From assembly GCA_002269645.1 (NCBI GenBank), contig NIVC01000373.1:73641-137640 (forward strand): a stretch of DNA of 64,000 nt, given 5' to 3'. Position 1 is the stretch's first letter, and each line of letters starts with the position of its first letter. The position numbers were made by a program, and so were the translations under genes. Of this stretch, positions 56,842 to 64,000 are shown piece by piece. The notes under the pieces were generated by a model. The model saw only the letters and a program-made list of their open reading frames with translations, searched no databases and was not told the origin of the DNA. The stretch comes from Macrostomum lignano (lineage: Eukaryota).

Positions 56842-57849
56842 AAATTGCAATCATATTCAAATGTTGATATTAAGCTTTCTTAAATTTTAGTTTTTATATC
56901 ACTTAAGATTGGCAAGATAATTTTATATAAAACCACAATGGCTGTAACCAAAAGGGTCTTTTTATTATAACCAAAACAACAATCACCAAAACATCTTATC
57001 AGAAAAATGATTATAATCTAGAGAAATATATTAAAAAGGCAAGTCCTAAAAAAGTTAAAAAATGAAGGCTTAAAAATGTTTGCTTTAAATAATCCTATTA
57101 AAATCCATAGTTTGGAAGGCAACATTTATGTCAAGATTTCCTGGCATACAACTTACAAGGGTATTTGCCATTTTTAGCATACATTAGCATAAATCCCAGC
57201 ACACATAACATAGGGGGAAATTTTTGGCTTGCATCTATGGTATGTTTGCATATATGTTAGGATCAATTGAAGTAACTTTGTCTTTATGTAAAATACTCTG
57301 TAGGCCTATGCAATACCATCAATATAGAACATGCCATAGTCCAGAAGGTGGCCTTTATGCCAAAAAATTCTAGTATATTTTTGCTTTCGCTAACAATCTT
57401 GGATAACATTTGGCATATAGAATTTTTAGGTTCAACATGAAGTATATACAGTTGGGGCCTTGCCATGTCAAGGCTAATGTAATTGTGTAGTTAATAGGCC
57501 TATCAACCAGTTAAAGCTCTTTTAAAAATGATTCGAAACTAAAAAAATATTTATAAAATTTAATAAATACATTAGCATAAATTTTAAAAAAGATGAATTT
57601 TGATTCTGGCATATACCTGCCATGATCTAAACTATGGAGAACATGGAGTAATGAAAAAAATTAAACTTTATACTCAGAAGCTTATTTTTTTCCTTATTTT
57701 TAGCAAAGAAAAATTATTTAAAATACCTCTTTTTATAATTGTCTTTTTTCAATACACTTGCAAAAGCACTATATTTTTAAGTTTGTTACTCTATACAAAT
57801 ACAAGGACCATTGGACCATAGCATTGATATCCACTTATATACTTTGTAT

Positions 57850-58576
57850 GAATCCAGTCCATTTCAGTGACAAACCATTTTGGCAAAACCTATTTCGGCG
57901 ACAGGTCAATTTGGCAACAACCATTTTGGCGACAATTCTTAAATAGGATTTTGAATGTACTATGTATTTTTATCTCAAAGCAACAAAAAATTTCAGAACT
58001 TACACAAATTTACAACCTTTGTTTAAATGTTGTTAAAACAAGTTATACATTAAATTTTACAAGCTTTGTTAAAATTATGTTAAAACAATTTTTAAATGTA
58101 AAAATTAATCAATGCGTTGACAGTATTAAACCTGGACACTGATGGACGCTTGGACACCAAAAGTATGGTAAAACAAATGAATTACAATAAGAAATTAATG
58201 TTCTTAAGAAAACATGAGAAAAAAAGCTTTAAAGAGGACTTTAAACATTAGTCCATTTGAATTACAATTCTTGTACGATGTTTACTCTTCCACGGGGGCA
58301 TTCATGCCATTGCATGCAAGCAGCAATGCCTCAAGAGTTATGGTGCCAGCTTTGTACTCCACCCAGAGGTGGAAGAAAGGCTTCCTGCCTTGCACGTACT
58401 GCTGGCCTCGTTTCCCGAATGGGGGGGGTCATGTCAGCTGGGGGTTCACTGTTCACTGTACCATGGATACTTGTAATTTTTCTATCATATTTGTGGCCAA
58501 AATGGTTGTTACCGAATTGACCTGTCGCCAAAATGGGTGTTGCCAAAATGGTTTGTCGCTGAAATGGACAGGTACC
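57850..58576. mobile_element. Non-autonomous TIR element (727 bp) with ~85-bp modular TIRs and 8-bp TSD
   Basis: CTTTGTAT at 57842..57849 and 58577..58584; arms GTCCATTTCAGTGACAAACCATTTTGGC..GACAGGTCAATT..ACAACCATTTTGGC and reverse complement. Confidence 0.8.
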
Positions 58577-60462
58577 CTTTGTATAAGCCTATATTATATA
58601 CTTTGAAAAAAGAATTTATTAGATTATTAGGTTTATAGAACAAGAAAAAAGGCTCAAAAGTTGTTATGGCAATTAAAATCTAGAATACAAATTTAAAATA
58701 GTATAGTACCTATAAACCTAATAATGAAGTAAAAAATATTAAGTTTTATAAATAAATTTTAGTGAATAACACATTTTAAAATGAATCATTTTCGATGAAC
58801 GAGCCATGGGCCAGTTGCCTAGTTGCAATATGAACTTCTATTGCTTAGCTTAGCTTCTTTTTCAAGGCTGAACCAGTTTTATGACAATTTAACCATACAT
58901 CACTCTGAGCAGCCAGCTGTAAGCTTTCCTCGCAGTGGCTGTCTCTCTTCATTTTTAAAGAACCCACTGATCAGCAAAACAGAGTGACTTCTGTCAATCA
59001 ATCAAAACCCGATCATTCCTAGGATCCATTTGGGATTTGTTGTAGGGGGGTGGGTTATGACTCGACGTGTATGAATTTCGAATTTTTCTTATTGAAAAGC
59101 TAGGGATACGCGACCGTCGGTAGTCGGAGTAAATACAGTTTAAATCGACCGCGATAATAGAACTGCTTCTTAGATTTGTTCTTATTATATATTACAAAGT
59201 TCTTACAAAGAAAAAAGAAAGGAGATAGATAAATAAGTAAAGATAGTTTATTTAGTAAAGACAACTTTAAGTCCCAAAGGCCAAGCTAGAATTTGTTTTA
59301 AAATATAGATGCTGATAACGAAGTAAAAAGTGTGGTAAACACTTCCATTTCGGCGACATTAGCGAAATTTTCCATTTTAAACGAATCTTAATGATTCTCT
59401 CTCTCGCTCTCTATGTATCTATCGTTTAAAAGTACATTACATATTGCACGAAAAGTTAATGCCCACGTGACGTACGCTTTGTAAACAAATTTGTAATGAT
59501 TCTCTCCCTCGTTTTTTCTTTCCTTGGGTTTTCTTAACATTAAAAAGCTTTTGATACTCTTTTTCTACAATTATTGTGGACTGATGATGGCTATCTTACT
59601 CGGTATGTCGCCGAAATATATCGGATTCCTGACAACCTATTTTGGTTAATGCGTCGAATATTTTCAATTTAGACATATTTAGACGTTTAGAGCTATTTAC
59701 TTTTAATGCCATCGATTATTGCCGTATTGAGAATTTATAATAGACATCGAACAAGAACTACGCTTAATAAACCAATTTAAACGGAAGCTACCAGAGGCTT
59801 AAAAAACTGGTATTAACATTTTTGCTGCATGAACTTTTTCGCTGCTCCTCAATTGAAGTTAGAGTCGAGCAGGAAAGAGTTGTGTAGTTACAGGCCGAAC
59901 ACCTAAAATACTTATGGTTGCTGCAGTATTTATGTAAGCTTCAACTACTTTTGTGGCCTCCATATCGAAAATGCAAATTAACGATCAGACTTTGCTTCAC
60001 AGCAGAAATAAAACAAATAAAATTGAGTAACAACAAAGAAGAAATATTCACAGTTCATCAGTGGATTTCACAGAAACATTCAGATGATAGTAACTGTATT
60101 GTAAATAAAAGCAAATTACAGCACAATGGTTGCATAATAAGACAATTCAAAAACACGTTAGACAGAATTGCGCGCTTACTTGGTGCGAACTAAGCCGAAA
60201 AAGTCACAATGTTATTCACAAAGTGGAAAATTAAGGACATAAGTAAGTTCAGAATGGGATGCAGTTTTTGAACTATAAACGGTTACGATCCATTTTATAG
60301 AGAAATATGAAGCTGCAGAAAGCAATCGAAGAGACACTAAAATGTAAACAGTATTTAAGTTAGAAGAGCATAGAAGAAAAGTACTTCAGTTTATAAACTA
60401 ATAGATAATACCTTGTCAGCTGATTCTGTTTGGGACAACATGAGCACAGACTCAAAAGAAGT

Positions 60463-63400
60463 TTATCGCTGTCGTCTGACGCCCCCGCCTCCTTGCGCGA
60501 AGTAGCCCGGCGGGTAGGGCATCGTGCCCGACTGCTCCGCCCCGCCTGGGATGCCGCGGCCGCCACCCTGCGGCAGGGCGAATAGCTGGGCGGTCGCCGC
60601 AGCACCCGCCTGACGCCCGGCCGCCGTAGTCACAAAGTTGGTGGTCGCCCCGGCAGTTGCGGGTGCCGAGGGCGGCAAGACGCGAAGCACGCGGAAGGCC
60701 TCGGCGAGGTCGGCCGACGTCGGGTTCAAGGGGTCGCAGCCGGGGTAGAGCGGCTCCATCAGGCGGACGTCGCACGATGGCACGAAGATCAGACCTCGCG
60801 ACTCGATCTCTCTCTGCATCTCCGCCTCGCTGCGCGGCTCCTGCGGCTCCGTCGTTGGCGTCGGCGTTGGCGTTGGCGTCGGCTCAGTTCTCACCGAAGT
60901 CACCTGCGGTTGCAGCTCGGGCGGCTGCGGCTCCTCAGACGCCGGGGCAGGCGGCTCTTGGTGAGACCCGCCGCCCTCCGGCAGCGGCGGCGATGCCTGT
61001 CGAGCGGGTGCCGCGGCAGTTGCGGCAGCGGATGCGGGCGCGATAGAAGCAGCCGCCTCGGAAGTGGCGGCTGCTGAAACGGAAGCGGCCTGCGGCACCG
61101 GCTGCGGGAAGCAAAGGCAAAAAGTGATTAGCTGTCAGGATAGGCCGGCAAGCAGCACAGCCAGAGCAATCACTCACCTCAATGCGCATCAGCTTGGCGG
61201 TCCGGCCGCTAAGCCGGGGCATCGGCATCAGGTCGGGCGGCACGCCGGCATGGTCGATGCGCCGATGCGCCTTGGCCAGGTCAAGCGAGGACATGCGCAT
61301 GTGCGAGCACAGCGGGCAGGCCAGGGTGAGCTGGTCGGCCCCTGCCGCCGAGTGACAGCGCAGCAGATGGCCGACCGCCTCTTCCAGCTGGCAGACTTTG
61401 CTGAAATTGCAGCCGGGGGCGTCGCAGACAGCTTGGCCGCAGTCGACGGCTGCGGCAGCCACGCTCGCATCGGTGGAGTGCGCCTCCTTTAGGTGGGCCT
61501 CGGCCTGCTCGCGCAGAACAAACCAGGTGCGGGGCAGACCGGGCAGCCGAATGGCGGCTTTGCCTGCGGGTGCTCGGCGGCCCAGTGCTGCGCCACGGTC
61601 ATCGCCGACTCCACAGACACGCCGCACAGCTTGCAGCTGAACGAGCCGACCGCTTCAGCCGGGCTGTTCGGCCGGTTCGGCAGGCGGATCGGCACCGCCA
61701 GCTGGCCGCCCTCCTGCTCCAGCGCGAGCGGTACCGAGCCGTCTTTCACCTGCGGGCAACGTTGCGGAACTACTGCAATCCAGACTCTCCAATTCAACTA
61801 GCAATTCCTATCCACGCCCTCTAATCAAGGCTCCGATCCAGGCCATAGCAATTCCTATCCACGCCTCTAATCAAGGCTCCGATCCAGGCCACTAGCAATT
61901 CCTATCCACGCCCTCTAATCAAGGCTTCGATCCAGGCCACTAGCAATTCCTATCCACGCCCTCTAATCAAGGCTCCGATCCAGGCCACTAGCAATTCCTA
62001 TCCACGCCCTCTAATCAAGGCTCCGATCCAGGCCACTAGCAATTCCTATCCACGCCCTCTAATCAAGGCTCCGATCCAGGCCACTAGCAATTCCTATCCA
62101 CGCCCTCTAATCAAGGCTTCGATCCAGGCCACTAGCAATTCCTATCCACGCCCTCTAATCAAGGCCGATCCAGGCCACTAGCAATTCCTATCCACGCCCT
62201 CTAATCAAGGCTCCGATCCAGGCCACTAGCAATTCCTATCCACGCCCTCTAATCAAGGCTCCGATCCAGGTCACTAGCAATTCCTATCCACGCCCTCTAA
62301 TCAAGGCTCCGATCCAGGCCACTAGCAATTCCTATCCACGCCCTCTAATCAAGGCTCCGATCCAGGCCACTAGCAATTCCTATCCACGCCCTCCGATCCA
62401 GGCCACTAGCAATTCCTATCAACGCCCTCCGATCTAGGCCACTAGCAATTCCTATCAACGCCCTCCGATCCAGGCCACTAGCAATTCCTATCAATGCCCT
62501 CCGATCCAGGGCACTAGCAATTCCTATCAACGCCCTCTAATCAAGGCTCCGATCCAGGCCACTAGCAATTCCAATCAATGCCCTCTAATCAAGGCTCTGA
62601 TCCAGGCCACCAGCCACTGCAACCCCAAACTCACCAGCGGTAGCAGAGTGGGTGCTCGCTATGCAGGTGAGCTTGCAGCGATGAGCAGCCGGCGCAGATG
62701 AGGAACTCGCAGACAGGACAGCGGACGTGGGCGAATCGCTGCTGGTGCAGGGCCTCGCTGTGCAGCAGCACAACCAGCACGGAGTCGCCGGTGAACTGCC
62801 AGCAGATGCCGCAGACGAAGCGTTTCCGGTTCGCATCGGCCAAGTGGGCGGCGGAGGCGGCCTCGAGCTCCCTCTGGGAGTGCACACCGTAGGAGAAGTC
62901 CAGGTGTCGGCGATACTCACTGTCTGTGAAGCGGCGGCCGCATCAGCGATGGGGCAGCGGTAGGCCAGCGCCTCTGGGTGGCTGTCCTTCACGTGGTACT
63001 CCACGTTGAACACCGAGTAGGTCTTGCGCCGGCACTTGGCGCAATGGTAGCGCAACTCCTGGCTGTCAGTTCGGACTGGCGCAGAGGCCGGGCAGCGATT
63101 TCCGCAGGCGGCCGGCGCTGCCGCTGCTGCTGGGTGTGGACGACAGGCGCTGGCTGGCAGCGGGGTCCTGCCGAAGAGGAGGGGTGGGGCGGAAAGCTAA
63201 CGGAATGACCGGCCTTCCTAATCACAGTAAGTCTTTATGAGGAAACCGGAGCTGCACTCTCACCTGCTGCGTCTTGTACCGGTTGTGCAGGGTCTGGCCC
63301 AGGTTGGGCGGTCGGCACACGTCCACCACGCTGCCGTCGGAGGCGAACACCGTGGTGACGCTGACGGGCCGGAAGAAGTTGGACTCCTCAACCAGGAATA

Positions 63401-63880
63401 CCGGGACCACATGCTTGCCCGGGTGGCTGCGCTGGATGTGGGTGGTGGTGAGCACCTCGGAGGAGAAGCGGTGGCAGCACTTGGGGCAGGCGAACAGGGG
63501 CACCAGGCGGTGCTTCTTCAGCAGGTGGTTGGACAGGGCGAACAGCTTGGAGAAGGAGTCGATGTCGGGAAACGAGGTGTCGCAGAGGCGGCACTGCCAG
63601 TTGCAGCGGGAGGGGCGGAACAGATCGGTGGAGGCCTGCCTCTGCATGGCGCCATTGGCAGGTGCAGATGCTGGGTGGGCACGAGCTGCAGGGAGTGGTG
63701 CTTGGCCTGCATGAAGGCGGCCACCTCCTTGTCCGAGTAGCAGGCGGACGCGTTCGCTGACATTCTTGGCCAGGTGGAGCAGCTGCTCGCAGTAGCCGCA
63801 GTTGCGGCCGGGGTCGCGCGGGTCGCCGGGCTCCGTGTTCTCCACGCGGGCGCACACCGGGCAGACGCCGGTGAAAGTTC
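60463..63880 (-). CDS. Multi-C2H2 zinc-finger protein, 5'-partial; exons about ..63264, 63167..62635, 61749..61178, 61101..60463; several -1 frameshifts
   Basis: CRLC..HLLKKH, CPKC..HIQRSH, CAKC..HVKDSH, CGIC..HSEALH, CPVC..HLHSEH, CKLC..HWAAEH, CPLC..HRRIDH; GT/AG junctions; frames join only if single bases are restored. Confidence 0.7.
61797..62605. repeat. 48-bp minisatellite CTAGCAATTCCTATCCACGCCCTCTAATCAAGGCTCCGATCCAGGCCA in the zinc-finger gene intron
   Basis: About 17 units, some internally deleted. Confidence 0.96.
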
Positions 63881-64000
63881 ACTAGGTGCGAGTGAATGGC
63901 CTCCTGTGGGGCGGCAGGCGTCGGGCAGCTTGAAAGTGGGAATATCAGTACTGCGGCTGCCTTTTAAATCGAACCACCTATTCCCCACCCTGCTGCCCCT

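Larger units (their letters stand above)
54158..56880 (+). mobile_element. Penelope-like retroelement, 5'-truncated, with an inverted copy of its 3' 933 bp
   Basis: Arms 54197..55129 (minus) and 55948..56880 (plus) are reverse complements; RT motifs FDVVSLFTNIP, GCAMGSPLAP, RYVDD; GIY-YIG EN GVVYQFNC..SYMGKTKRHLHTRIREH; 13-bp TSD-like repeat TCTTAAATTTTAG at 54145..54157 and 56878..56890. Confidence 0.93.

Noticed and set aside
57110-57470. Possible decayed LINE (CR1/L2-like) RT fragment (MARPQLY..)
   Set aside because: Only vague motif resemblance with multiple stops; needs tblastn/HMM support.
13718-62605. Regular 20-56-bp repeats as CRISPR arrays
   Set aside because: Units are head-to-tail with no unique spacers, there are no cas genes, and the context is eukaryotic.

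Overview
Eukaryotic (animal) genomic DNA with GC3-rich exons, AT-rich spacers and about 30 unrelated minisatellite arrays (roughly 14 kb, about 22% of the window by hand count). The style suggests a free-living flatworm such as Macrostomum; this is inference, not verified. I reconstructed spliced genes by hand: GID4(+), MCM8(-), VWA5A-like(+), a secreted PAN/F-type-lectin protein(+), an orphan single-pass membrane protein(-), an SLC22 transporter(-) and its pseudogenised tandem paralogue(-), MED27(-), TBL3/UTP13(-), CDK5(-), EEPD1(-) and a 5'-partial multi-C2H2 zinc-finger gene(-). Mobile DNA includes a full-length DD34D mariner inserted in exon 1 of the SLC22 paralogue, a Penelope-like retroelement with 933-bp inverted arms, and several MITE/foldback elements. 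Best leads: (1) a minimal type I hammerhead ribozyme in each Penelope arm, each disabled by different CpG>CpA changes; (2) MED27 has no visible genomic start codon and begins at a phase-0 acceptor, consistent with a spliced-leader-donated AUG in an operon-like minus-strand cluster; (3) several intronic minisatellites are built from copies of the adjacent exon/5' splice-site junction. Many single-base frameshifts look like consensus errors. No CRISPR array, rRNA or tRNA was found. Coordinates were counted by hand; array ends are approximate.
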